From Hemiscyllium ocellatum (Eukaryota), in contig NC_083415.1 in NCBI RefSeq assembly GCF_020745735.1, forward strand, positions 31,610,964 through 31,674,963: 64,000 nt of DNA. Reading direction: 5' to 3'. Positions within the stretch are counted from its first letter, which is position 1. Every line of letters begins with the position of its first letter. The notes below the pieces were generated by a model that was given only the letters and a program-made list of their open reading frames with translations, was not told the origin of the DNA and searched no databases. Positions 50,700 to 61,679 of the stretch are shown piece by piece. Made by a program: the position numbers and the translations under genes.

Positions 50700-51068
50700 T
50701 TCAAGCAGAGGGTGATTAGTGTATGAAACAAGTTGCCAGAGGAAGTGGTAGAAGAAGGGCTTATGCCCGAAACGTCGATTCTCCTGTTCCTTTGATGCTG
50801 CCTGACCTGCTGAGCTTTTCCAGCAACACATTTTTAAGCTCTGATCTCCAGCATCTGCAGTCCTCACTTTCTCCTAGAGGAAGTGGTAGAGGTGGGTACA
50901 ATTACAACATTTAAAAATCATCTGGATGGGTATATGAATAGGAAGGGTTTAGATGAATATGGGCCAAGTGCTGGCAAATGTGACTAGATCAGTTTAGGAT
51001 ATTTGGTCAGCATAGCCGAGTTGCACTGAAGGATCAGCTTTCGTGCTCTGTGATACTAAGACTCTATA
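50700..51068 (+). mobile_element. CR1 3' end interrupted by a short PLE family A insertion at 50753-50875
   Basis: Perfect 15-bp TSD agaggaagtggtaga at 50738-50752 and 50876-50890; the insert has GGGCTTATGCCCGAAACGTC. Confidence 0.87.
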
Positions 51069-51529
51069 AATTTACACAGCAGCCAAAAAGGTAGTATGGG
51101 CATCTTGTCATTACATGGAAGGAGGTATATTCTGCACACTAATTATGCCTAGTAAACAGAACTATTGTCTGGAGCACAGTGATATTTCTTGAAACTTCTT
51201 TGTAAATGTATAAGATGCCATACGAAAATATAAACAATCCACTTTAAAACATTTTATGAGCTTATTCTGTTGTTTCAATTATATGGATGAATTCTCACTG
51301 CAGCAATCAGTCTGTGATTAGAGGCTGTTTTTCAAGCTCCAGCTGGGGGAAAAAAAACTTCTTTCATATTGCCAGTTATGAAAGAGGATACATGGAGATG
51401 AAGAACTCCCTGAAGAGGATCAAGCAGGGGATAAATTAATGTGAAATGGATTCAAAAGCATCCAGTATTTGCAATGCAAATTTTGACAATCTTGAAATTA
51501 TCCAGACCTATCAGTATTCACGCCTGTGC

Positions 51530-52200
51530 CAAGTTTCTTTTTGATTTGGGGTCTGGTATTCCTAGCAAAGCCAGTTCTTATTTCCTATCTGGAATTGCCT
51601 TTGAGAACATCATAGTGAGTCATTTTGAATTGCTGCAGTTCATATGATGTAGATACATCTTAACACCCTGTTAGGAAGTGTGTTACAGGACTTTGACTTA
51701 GTAACAATGAGGCATTTCCAATTCAAGATGGTGTACAGCTGGGAGCAGCTAGGAGGGGAATCCAGTGGTGTTAGTGTTCCACTGCGTCTGGTGCTATTAC
51801 CCTATTAGATAGTAGAGGGTGCAGGTTTGAAGGAGTCATGGTGAGCTGCTGCAGTACATCTTGTATATAGTACAGACTGCCACTGCTGCCAGTATGCTGA
51901 TAGTGGATGGAATACCCATTTGTGTGCTAGTTTATCCTGGATGGTGCCAAGCTGCTTGAGTTTTATTGGAGCTGCACTCCTCCAGCCAAATGGAAACTTA
52001 TGACGTATGTTTTATTTGGATAGTTTTCAGGAGGCAAGAGGTGAGTTACTTGGTGTATAATTTCCAGTCTCTGATTTGCTCTTGTGATCACAATTTTTAT
52101 TTGCCAATCCACTTCAGTTTATGGAAGTTTTTGATGGGGGAATGATATGATGGCAATACTTTTGAATATCAAAGGGAAATAGTTTTTCTCTTGTTTGAAG
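51530..52200 (-). mobile_element. Old LINE 3' fragment (family of 35270)
   Basis: Sequence similarity to 35270-35635. Confidence 0.55.
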
Positions 52201-52204
52201 TTCG

Positions 52205-53770
52205 AATATAAGAATTACAGCAGAAGTAGGTCATTTGGCCTGTTGAATCTCACTATCACTCAATAAGATCATGCTGATCTGATTGTGGTCTCACATCTAC
52301 CCTCCTGTGTGGACCCCATATCCTTTGACCCCATTATGTATCAAAATGTATCTAATGCATCATTGAATAAATTTGAAGACCAAGTCTCCACTGTCTGTCG
52401 GAAATAAGAAGTCCACACACTTTGTAATGATTCTCTAACAGAAAAAAAATCTCATCTGACTTCAAAGGGAAACATCTTTTGTTTTAAGAACTTAATACAA
52501 TCCCTAGCGTGTGGAATCAGGCCTCTCGGCCCAACAAATCCACACTGACCCTCTGAAGAATAACCCACCCAGGCCCATTGCCCAAACCTATTATTCTACA
52601 TTTATTGTTCTTAAATAATTTCTCCTGGTTCAAGTCATGCCCACAGGGAAGACATCTCCAGGTGTCCACCTTGACCAGTCCACTCAAGGTCTTATGTATT
52701 TTCATTAAGATCATGTCTCATTTGTCTAAAATGTCTAAGATGTTCAAACATGACGTAACATGTTAAATCTTTCTTTGCAAGATAGCCAGCTAATCCAAAG
52801 AATGAGTTGAGAGAACCTTCTGTGAATTGTTTCCAAAGCAATTCTATTTTATTTTTAGCTAAGAAGACCAAACAGTACTCCAGATGTGGTCTCACTAACT
52901 TCCTGTACAGCTGTAGTAAAACTTACCAACTTTTATAATTCATTATCTTTGAAATGTCTTACAATATTCCATTTGTTTTCTTAATCACTTGCTGCACCTG
53001 CATACAAACTTTGTGACTGATATATTAGTAGATCTTGATTCCTCTGCAACACAGAGTTGTGCAATCTCTGACCATTTCAATAGTATACTGCCTTTCTGTT
53101 CTTACTGCCAAAGAGTACAAATTCATATTTATCCAATTGATCATACATTTGTTCAATTTTTGTTGGCATAATTGAGACTCTACTTGTCCTGACAACTTCC
53201 CACATATATTAATGTCATTAGCAAATTTAGCCATCATATATGTTATCATTTCTCCTCTGCCCCCGCCTTCCAAATTATTGGTATAATTTGGAAATTATTG
53301 AGGAACTTGCACTGATCTCTGTCACACTCCAATAGCTTGTTACACTAGGAAAGACCCATTAATCCCTATACTCTGAATTCTGTTAGGTAATCAATCCATT
53401 TTTCACATCCCCACCTCCAACAGCCAACACATCCATCACTGCCTCCACACTGTGTTCTTGTGCAGCAACCTTCCATGTAGACCTAACCATATACCTTTTG
53501 GAAATCTAAGTATACCACATCTCCTAGTTATCTTCTATCCACCATGGATGTTCCTTCATGAACAGACTCAATTAGATTTATTAAATATTATTTCCCTTTC
53601 AAATTAGATGTTAGCCTCCTTAATAATGGATTCTAGCAACTTTGTTCCAACAGATGTTGGATGATTGGATTGCAGCTATTCACTTTTGGCCTCCCTTCTT
53701 TCTTGAATGTGTTAGATTTGCTGTTTTCTAATCCACTGGAATCATTCCAGAATCTACGGTGTTTTGGAAG
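52205..53770 (-). mobile_element. Old CR1-type LINE fragment with a SINE tail inserted at about 52495-52600
   Basis: RPHLEYC and AKFAND remnants; gtgtggaatcaggcc SINE tail. Confidence 0.65.
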
Positions 53771-53809
53771 AATTAGTACTTGTGCAGTACTAACGTCAGT
53801 TGTCACTTC

Positions 53810-54782
53810 AGTGATGAAGCTGCTCCTTTAACAAGCTTATCACGTCCTTGGCTTTTTTTTTTGAAGGGTTTTAGGGCTGATATGATAATCGGGATGGGAC
53901 CATTCGCTACAGCAGGTTCGCCGCCGTCGATTAGCCACTGCCCTTTCACTGCCGAGGATGCTCAGCCACCGCCCATTGGCCACTGAAGACGATACACTAC
54001 CGCAAGTATTTGTAACTCATTTTTATATATAAACCAATAAAATGATATTTATTTTACCTTTTTTTAATCAATTTGTAGTATGTAGTTATATAAATAAAGG
54101 GGACTGAGAAGTATGAAAGAACAGGCGGGAGGGAAAACAATCAGTACATATATATGTTTTCCAATGGCGAATAATCTGCAGAGGTCAAACGACCCCCATG
54201 GAGAAACATTGGTGGCGAACCAGCAGTGGCTAATCGGCAGCAGCGAATGTGCCGTGGTGAATCGTCACCAACCCTTGATAATAGATAGCAGATACTGCCT
54301 CAAACAGAGGCTTTCAAGTTGAAAAGAAAATGTACAATGAAAGGGGTGTGACCAGTTCTCCCAGCTCAGCTTATCTGTATATTTTTTAACATTAATGTGG
54401 AAAAGCCGCTGGACCCATAGAAGCAGTTCCAGGCTCATACTCTCTCTCTCTCTCTGACCTCTGACTTCTATCCTGTAAGAACCTGTGTTTGATTTTGTGC
54501 CAGGGGGTGTTAATGGGGATTGTTGCAAATATTTGGAACAGCATCATTAAATTGGGATGATCTGATGGGTTTTGACAGAGGTTAAGTTATTCGGTATTCT
54601 GTTTTCTGTTGTTTGTGTTTCATTCGGTAATCTTGTAAATAAATTGTTTTGTTTAAACCAAGTGGTTTGACCAGCTGATTCTCTCCTGAAATATCCACTT
54701 ACACCTGCTTAAAACAACTAGCAAAGTTAGTGTCTAGGCTCCCTTCTTGAAATGTTTTGAGGGGTCTGGCCTGGTCCAATAA
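53810..54782 (+). mobile_element. Probable solo LTR (related to 34593-35232) containing a nested MITE
   Basis: Start gtgatgaagctgctcctttaacaag and end ccttcttgaaatgttttgaggggtctggcctggtcca match the other copy; AATAAA near 54638. Confidence 0.6.
53891..54274. mobile_element. MITE with about 50-bp TIRs and probable 9-bp TSD (Mutator/MULE-like)
   Basis: gggatgggaccattcg..gattagccactgc versus gcagtggctaatc..aatcgtcaccaaccc; flanks atgataatc and ttgataata; AT-rich core. Confidence 0.65.
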
Positions 54783-54864
54783 ACTTATCCATTTAATGTT
54801 GTATAGATCTTACAGCATCTAAACATTAGATGTTTCCTTATGGTTTGATGCTAAACATTGTGCA

Positions 54865-55875
54865 ATTATCAGAGGAAACCTACAACACCATCGACAATAT
54901 CCCGACAGGGATAAAAATCACAAAAGAGGAGGTGAATGACAACAGACTCCCATTCCTGGACATGACAGTTAACGGAGAGCTTCAAATGGGACAGTATAGT
55001 TAATGGAGAGCTTCAAATCAATGTCTACAGAAAAAGAACAAACACTTAAATTCAGAAGCAATCATCCCAACACCCACAAACGGAGCTGCATCAAGATGTT
55101 ATTTCAACGACTACATCACACTGCAGCACCCAAGGACCACAAACAGCAGAAGAAAAATATCAATGCAATGTTTTCAAGAAAAACAGGTACCCAATAAACA
55201 CAATCCATCGATTCCTCAGAAACAACCCCAAACAAGCAGACACAATGCAACCAAAAACTGTAGCCACATTACCTTACATCAAAGACATATGAGAAATTAC
55301 TTCCAGACTACTCAAACCCCTTGGCATCATGGTAGCCCATAAATCTACCAACACACTTAAATAGTGACAACTGAACCTAAAGGATTCATAAGATAGAATC
55401 AGCAAAACTAATGTCATTTACAAAATACTATGCAAAAACTGTAAAAAGTACTACATCGGACAAACAAGCAGGAAACTTGCCACCAGGATACATGAACACC
55501 CATTAGCCACCAGAAGACATGACCCACTATCACTAGTTTCCATACATACTGACAAAGAAGGACACCACTTTGACTGGGACAACACACACATCCTAGGACA
55601 GGTGAAACAAAGACATGCACGAGAATTCTTAGCGGCATGGCATTCTAACCAGATCTCTATCAATAAACACATTGATTTAGATCCTATCTACCTTCCTTGA
55701 AAAAAAAGAACTGGAAATGACATCACCCACTTTAAGAAATGAAGACTTATAAATAGAGAGACAGGACATACCACCAGCGCTTCACTGGAGACTCTCACTG
55801 ATGATGTTAGCTAGTCATAGAGATGAAACATCTGAAAACAAACCTCCCAACTCAGTTAGCTAACTTACATACTTA
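54865..55875 (+). mobile_element. PLE family B (Poseidon/Penelope-like) 3' part: RT thumb, GIY-YIG and pLTR
   Basis: EEVNDNRLPFLD; NVIYKILCKNCKKYYIGQTSRKLATRIHEH at about 55410-55499; CTGATGATGTTAG..GAAACATC at about 55798. Confidence 0.88.
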
Positions 55876-56104
55876 TCAGAGAATATTGCCACCACTGCCC
55901 TAATAGGGTACAGTCATGGCTGAACGAAATTAAGGTGGTTTGGCCTAAGGTACCTTTGAAACTGACTACTAATTTAATACAACATATTGTAGCTGACAAG
56001 AGGTGATTGTTTATACTCTGAGTATATACCACAAATGATGGAATGGGGGGGGGGGGCCGTGAGGGTGGTGAATTGAGAAACAGTTATGGTATGATTTATA
56101 AAAT

Positions 56105-56750
56105 AGAAATAAGGAAAATAGAAGCAGGAGGAGGCCATTCAACCTCTTCAGCTTTTTCCACCATTCAGTCTGATCATGGCTGATCATTGAGCACAAAACC
56201 TGAATCCCACCCTCCTCTCCTTCTCCCTTGATTTCTTGAGGCAAAAGAGCTATATGTTTTGGCCTCAACCGCTTTCTTTGGTAGTGAATTCCACAGGGTC
56301 ACTGTGCCTGGGTGAAGAAATTTCTCCTCAGTCCTAAAAGCATTACCTTTTCCTTTAACTCCTGTTTCTGGAATTTCCCGCAATCAGGGACATCCTTCCT
56401 GTATCTAACCTGTTTAATCCTGTTAGAATTTGAAAAGTTTCTATAAGGTAACCCTCATTCTTCTAAATTCTAGTGAATACAATTAAAATGGACTCAACTC
56501 TCCTCATACATCACTCCTGGCATCTGTGGAATCAACCTTCACCACAATCTCTCTGTAGCAAGAACATTCTTCCTCAGATAAGGAGACTAAAACTGCACAC
56601 AATATTCCAGATGTAGCCTCACCAATGCCCTGTGTCATTGCAGCAAGTCATCTTTGTTCCTGTATTGGAACCTTGTCGCTGTGAAGGCCAACATACAGTT
56701 TAACCCCTTTACTGCTTGCTGCACTTGTAATTTCAGAGAATGGTGCATGA
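56105..56750 (-). mobile_element. CR1 LINE 3' fragment
   Basis: Same family as 18770-19970. Confidence 0.75.
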
Positions 56751-57259
56751 GGATAAAGAAAGAAAGCCAAACCTTCTCGATAACCTTTTCTATGGACAAC
56801 AGAGGCCAGTGCAAAACTATGGGTCACTTTTGTTCTCATCAAGTGTTATTCTAATTTCATTACCTGTAAACCTCAGGTAGGCAAGCAACAAGTAATCATT
56901 TTTTTATCATAGTCAAAAATATTTGGAAAATGCTTAATTCACTTTTTAAAAAGTCTTAAAGGCATCTGATGCTATGAGTGAATATAGCAGATAAGCTTAA
57001 TCTTTAGTGGTTAACAGAATCCGTCACAGTTGATGTGGGAAGTGAAATATCAAACATTTTATCTTCAAAACATTCATCCACTGGCTGGTTGATATAAATT
57101 GCATAATGTCTTTGCTGTGTAAACAGTAACAATTCATTTTCATTTTTTAAGTAAGATACAGCAAATAAAAAGTCTCCAGCTAATACTGGAGTATTTTCTA
57201 GTTAGTGAACAATTAGCAACAGCAATCAACTCACACACTGTTCAACAGTATTAAAGGTC

Positions 57260-57392
57260 ATTCCTGATGGAAGAGGTTATGCCTGAAACATTGATTCTCC
57301 TGCTCCTCAGATTCTGCCTCACCTGCTGTGCTTTTCCAGCACCACACTTTTTGACTTTGATCTCCAGTATCTGCAGTACTCACTTTCTCCTA
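57260..57392 (+). mobile_element. Short PLE family A pLTR
   Basis: attcCTGATGGAAGAGGTTATGCCTGAAAC..ctcactttctcc. Confidence 0.75.
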
Positions 57393-57454
57393 GTATGACA
57401 AGACACGGTATAATTAACGAGCTCTGCTCAAATGTGGTGGCAAGTGTGCTGCAA

Positions 57455-58235
57455 CAAAAGTTGAACTGAGAAATGTGAGGTGCCACATTTTGGAAAAATA
57501 AATCAGAGCAGGACTTATACACTTAATGGTAAGGTCCTGGGGAGTGTTGCTGAACAAACAGACCTTGGAGTGCAGGCTCATAGTTCCTTGAAAGTAGAGT
57601 CGCAGGCAGATGGGACTCTATGAATCTAATTGAAATATTAAGAAAAAAGGTCTATTTACACTGAGATGGCTTCTTTAGAAACAAAATCAGAAATTGCTGG
57701 GAAAAATACTCAGTGGGTCTGGCAATATCAATGGTGAAAAATCCAAGTTAATGGTTCAGGTCCGGTGACCGTTTTTCATAGAGTCATAGAGATGTACAAC
57801 ACAGAAACAGACCCTTCCGTCCAACTCGTCCATGCCAACCATTTATCCTAACCTAATCTAGTCCCATTTTCCAGACTTGGCCTATATCTATCTGAATCCT
57901 TTCTATTCAAATTCCCATTCAGATGCCTTTTAAATGCTGTAATTGTACCAGACTCCACCATTTCCTCTGGCACCTCATTCCACACACATACCGCCATCTG
58001 CATGAAAAAGTTGCCTCTTAGGTCCCTTTTACACCTTTCCCCTTTCATCCCAAACTCTAGTTCTGGACTCTCCCATCCCAGCGAAAAGACTGTCTATTTA
58101 TCCCATCCATGCCCCTCATGATTTTATAAACCTCTATGAGGTCACTCCAGGGAAAACAGCCTAGCCTATTCAGCCTCTCCCTATAGCTGGTATTATTTCT
58201 GATTTCCTGTATCTGCAATTCTTTGGGAGTTTGTT
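57455..58235. mobile_element. Cluster: CR1 fragment (+, 57455-57612) and PLE family D pieces (57678-57778 on -, about 58190-58235 on +) separated by a CR1 3' end (-, 57778-58188)
   Basis: Similarity to other copies in the window. Confidence 0.65.
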
Positions 58236-58516
58236 TTTGGCCCATTTATAAAATTTGTGCTGGTCTTGTTGGAAATGGATGCTGAAACCTCTGCCATTCT
58301 TTTCCGTAGCTATTTTCTCCTTTAAAGGAAAAGTTATATGAGAAAGAGGAAGTCCCCGTTCAGTTGTTAATACTTCAAACGTGCACAGAAAATAATGCAT
58401 AGGCTTTTTAAAAGAGTTTATGTAGCTCGGTTAAACAGGATCAGTAACGTACGTGATAAAATACCTTTTGGTATATTTCTGAACATTTGGTCGTATGCGA
58501 TGAAGTGCTTTAATAC

Positions 58517-59545
58517 TTAAAGGTTATTAAGTAAGTTCTTTTCGGGTTGAGCTAGCTGGGCGGCAGGTGTTGAGGACAACGAACGCGCAGCTTTCCCGAG
58601 CTTTTCCACTCGTAACTTCATATCGTCTCCAGCCAGAACATAAACAAGTGGGTTGAAGATGCTGTTCAAACTGGCGAGGGCTCTGGCCACTTGGTAACCC
58701 AGATAAATGTTTTTGAAGGTTTGGATGCACTGGCCCTGGAGTTGGAAGTGCCTGGAGATCAGGTTCGCGTTTCTCAGGACGTGATAAGGAGCGAAGCAAA
58801 GGGAGAACAAGGCGGTGACGATCAGCACCAGTTTCAGGCAGCGCTCCCGCAAGCCTTGCTCCACGTTCTTGTTGCGGATCAGAACCAGAACAACGCGGCT
58901 GTAACAGCCAACGATGATGAGGAAAGGGAGGACGAAAGCCATCACGGTCAAGGCGAGATTGTACTTCGTGTACTCCCCCAGCTCCTTTATCGCGGCACTG
59001 TCCTGGCATTTGGTGCCATTGAGGTTGGTCTTGGTGAAATGGAGATCGGCCGAGGTTTGGGCTAGAACCAGCCCCCAGACCAGGAGGCTGAGGAGCAGCG
59101 AGCGGCGGCGGTTCCACCTGCCCAGCACCTTCATGGGGTGCACGATGCCCAGGTATCGCTGCACACTGATACAAGTGAGGAAGCCGATGCTGCCGTACAG
59201 GTTCAGGTGGAAGAGGAGCCTGGTCATTTTGCAAAACGCTTTCCCGAACGTCCAGCGGTGCCCGTTGGCATAGTACACCACCAGGAAGGGCAAAGTGATG
59301 ACATACAGGAGGTCAGCCAGGCCCAGGTTAAACAAGAACACGGTGATGCTGGTGAATTTCCTCCGGCTCAAGCACATGGCGCCCAGCACCCAGCAATTCC
59401 CCAGGAAGCCCAGTATAAACACGATGGTGTAGACGGTGGGCAGGAACTTCGATGTGAAGCCTTTATTAACTTTACAGTAGGTGCTGTTGCCTGGTCCGAG
59501 GGATGTGAATGATACAGAGGGAAGGGTAATGCTGGGCTCTGCCAT
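58517..59545 (-). CDS. Intronless P2Y purinoceptor 1-like GPCR (342 aa)
   Basis: Seven TM segments; FLPTVY, GFLGN, NLGLADLLY, LFHLNLYGSIGFLTCISVQRY, PYHVLRN, YQVARALASLNS..NPLVY; agcATGG start with an in-frame TGA just upstream. Confidence 0.93.
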   Translation of the reverse strand: MAEPSITLPSVSFTSLGPGNSTYCKVNKGFTSKFLPTVYTIVFILGFLGNCWVLGAMCLSRRKFTSITVFLFNLGLADLLYVITLPFLVVYYANGHRWTFGKAFCKMTRLLFHLNLYGSIGFLTCISVQRYLGIVHPMKVLGRWNRRRSLLLSLLVWGLVLAQTSADLHFTKTNLNGTKCQDSAAIKELGEYTKYNLALTVMAFVLPFLIIVGCYSRVVLVLIRNKNVEQGLRERCLKLVLIVTALFSLCFAPYHVLRNANLISRHFQLQGQCIQTFKNIYLGYQVARALASLNSIFNPLVYVLAGDDMKLRVEKLGKAARSLSSTPAAQLAQPEKNLLNNL

Positions 59546-60044
59546 GCTTCAGTCAACTCACAAATTCCCACTCTTAAACTGCATCCAGTGGCAGATCCGA
59601 TGTTACCCTTTCGCAGCAGGACAAATGAAGCCAGGCTGCCCGATGTGAACGGCGAGCGCTCTCTAATTCCCGCGCCAGCGATGCTGCCCAGTGACTGGGT
59701 GAATCCCACAATGTGTTGAATGCAGACCGGCGGGTGTTCAGCTCCGCTAAGGAGTGACACGCCACGCACTGCGTCTCTGTACATGAGGGAGAGTAAACAC
59801 AGACCCAAAAACCTGCCCATGTTCTCTCTGCCACACACACACAAAAAAACACCCTCTGCGCCTCCTGTTGTCTGTCTCTTCAACTCACCACCATATCCCC
59901 AGGACAATATTTAACTGAGGTATCGAGTTCAATAATTTTAGGGCTTGAGCACATTCTTCTAAGACCTTTACCCACATCCACCCCCAGGTTTTGTCATCAC
60001 ATGGGCAACTTTCACAACAGCCTACTCATTTCCACCCAGTGATT

Positions 60045-60277
60045 GATGTGGAGGTACCAGTGCTGGACTGGGGTGGACAAAGTAAAAAAAAATCACACAA
60101 CACCAGGTTATGGTCCAACAGGTTTAATTGGAAGCACTAGCTTTCAGAGCACTGCTCCTTCATTAGATGTTTGTGCACAACCACTTAATGAAGGAGCAGC
60201 GCTCTGAAAGCTAGTGCTTCCAAAGAAACCTGTTGGACTATAACCTGGTGTTGTGTGATCTTTAGCTTTATCCACCC
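60045..60277. mobile_element. Palindromic PLE family C pLTR insertion (about 100-bp arms)
   Basis: Arms at about 60071-60175 and 60176-60277, centred on ttgtgcacaa; degenerate duplication tccaccca(g/a)tg at 60031 and 60271. Confidence 0.85.
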
Positions 60278-60457
60278 AATGTTAGTCTCCATGAACAGGT
60301 GTTTTTTTTTCCCCTCTGGTTCACCATTATCCATCCCTTTGTTTGCCCAACTGCTGTTTCCTTCCTGTGTATTCAGTTTCCACCTTCTGTTTAATCTTTT
60401 CAATCTGCCCCACTCCCACAACATAGTGTACAGTACTACTTTTGCCCAGCTACAATC

Positions 60458-60556
60458 GGTCTGATCAAAGGTCACTGGAGGCACATGTTGACTTTACTTT
60501 CTCTCCACAGATGCTGCTGTCTGCTTAGATTCTCTAGTATTTTTCTGTTTTTATTC
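60458..60556 (+). mobile_element. PLE family D pLTR remnant
   Basis: ctgatcaaaggtcactgga..ctttctctccacagatgctg. Confidence 0.5.
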
Positions 60557-60796
60557 TACAATTTTAAATGCTGCCCAATTTAGAAAAAAAAAGATTTGAT
60601 AGTTAATAACCTGATTACTATTTTAAGTCTTAGGCAGACAACCATAGGGCTCAATTCATAAAAGTTTTGCAGAAGAAATGCAGGTAGATGACACTGTTTT
60701 TGAGGTACTGATTTTGAGGTAAAACTACTGCTGAAAAAGGCAGAAATCAGGAAGTCGCTGTTGATTTAACCTGCTCCTTCAGAAACACCAGCTATT

Positions 60797-61571
60797 TAGA
60801 GTCATAGAGTCATAGAGATGTACAGCATGGAAACAGACCCTTCGGTCCAACCTGTCCATACCGACCAGATATCCCAATCCAATCTAGTCCCACCTGCCAG
60901 CACCCGGCCCATATCCCTCCAAACCCTTCCTATTCGTATACCCATCCAAATGCCTCTTAAATGTTGCAATTGTACCAGCCTCCACCACTTCCTCTGGCAG
61001 CTCATTCCATACACGTTCCACCCTCTGCATGAAAAAGTTGCCCCTGAGGTCTCTTTTGTATCTTTCCCCTCTCACCTTAAACCTATGCCCTCTAGTTCTG
61101 GACTCCCCGACCCCAGGGAAAAGACTTTGTCTATTTATCCTATCCATGCCCCTCATAATTTTGTAAACCTCTGTAAGGTCACCCCTCAGCCTCCGACGCT
61201 CCAGGGAAAACAGCCCCAGCCTGTTCAGCCTCTCCCTGTAGCTCAGATCCTCCAACCCTGGCAACATCCTTGTAAATCTTTTCTCAACCCTTTCAAGTTT
61301 CGCAACATCTTTCCGATAGGAAGGAGACCAGAATTGCATGCAATATTCCAACAGTGGCCTAACCAATGTCCTGTACAGCCGCAACATGACCTTCCAACTT
61401 CTGTACTCAATACTCTGACCAATAAAGGAAAGCATACCAAACACCTTCTTCACTATCCTAACTACCTGCGACTTCACTTTCAAGGAGCTATGAACCTGCA
61501 CTCCAAGGTCTGTTTATTCAGCAACACTCCCTAGGACCTTACCATTAGGTGTATAAGTCCTGCTAAGATTT
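60797..61571 (-). mobile_element. Young CR1 LINE 3' 0.8 kb with an uninterrupted ORF2 C-terminus
   Basis: 205-aa open frame at 60884-61501; (CTATGACT)n tail. Confidence 0.93.
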
Positions 61572-61679
61572 ATTATGCTTCTTTTTTTTATCTCTAGCAG
61601 AACTTAAACTTTGCTGAAAAGAGGTACAAAGTCAAAATTTATTATCTTGCATTGACCAGGGCGTGTCACAAGAAAAGCA

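Noticed and set aside
39108-58516. LIME1, SLC2A4RG or another gene between ZGPAT and the P2Y1-like gene
   Set aside because: No recognisable exons; small divergent exons cannot be excluded by eye
58527-59907. Overlapping ORFs around the P2Y1-like gene (235, 179 and 124 aa)
   Set aside because: Shadow frames of a GC3-rich coding sequence; no recognisable motifs
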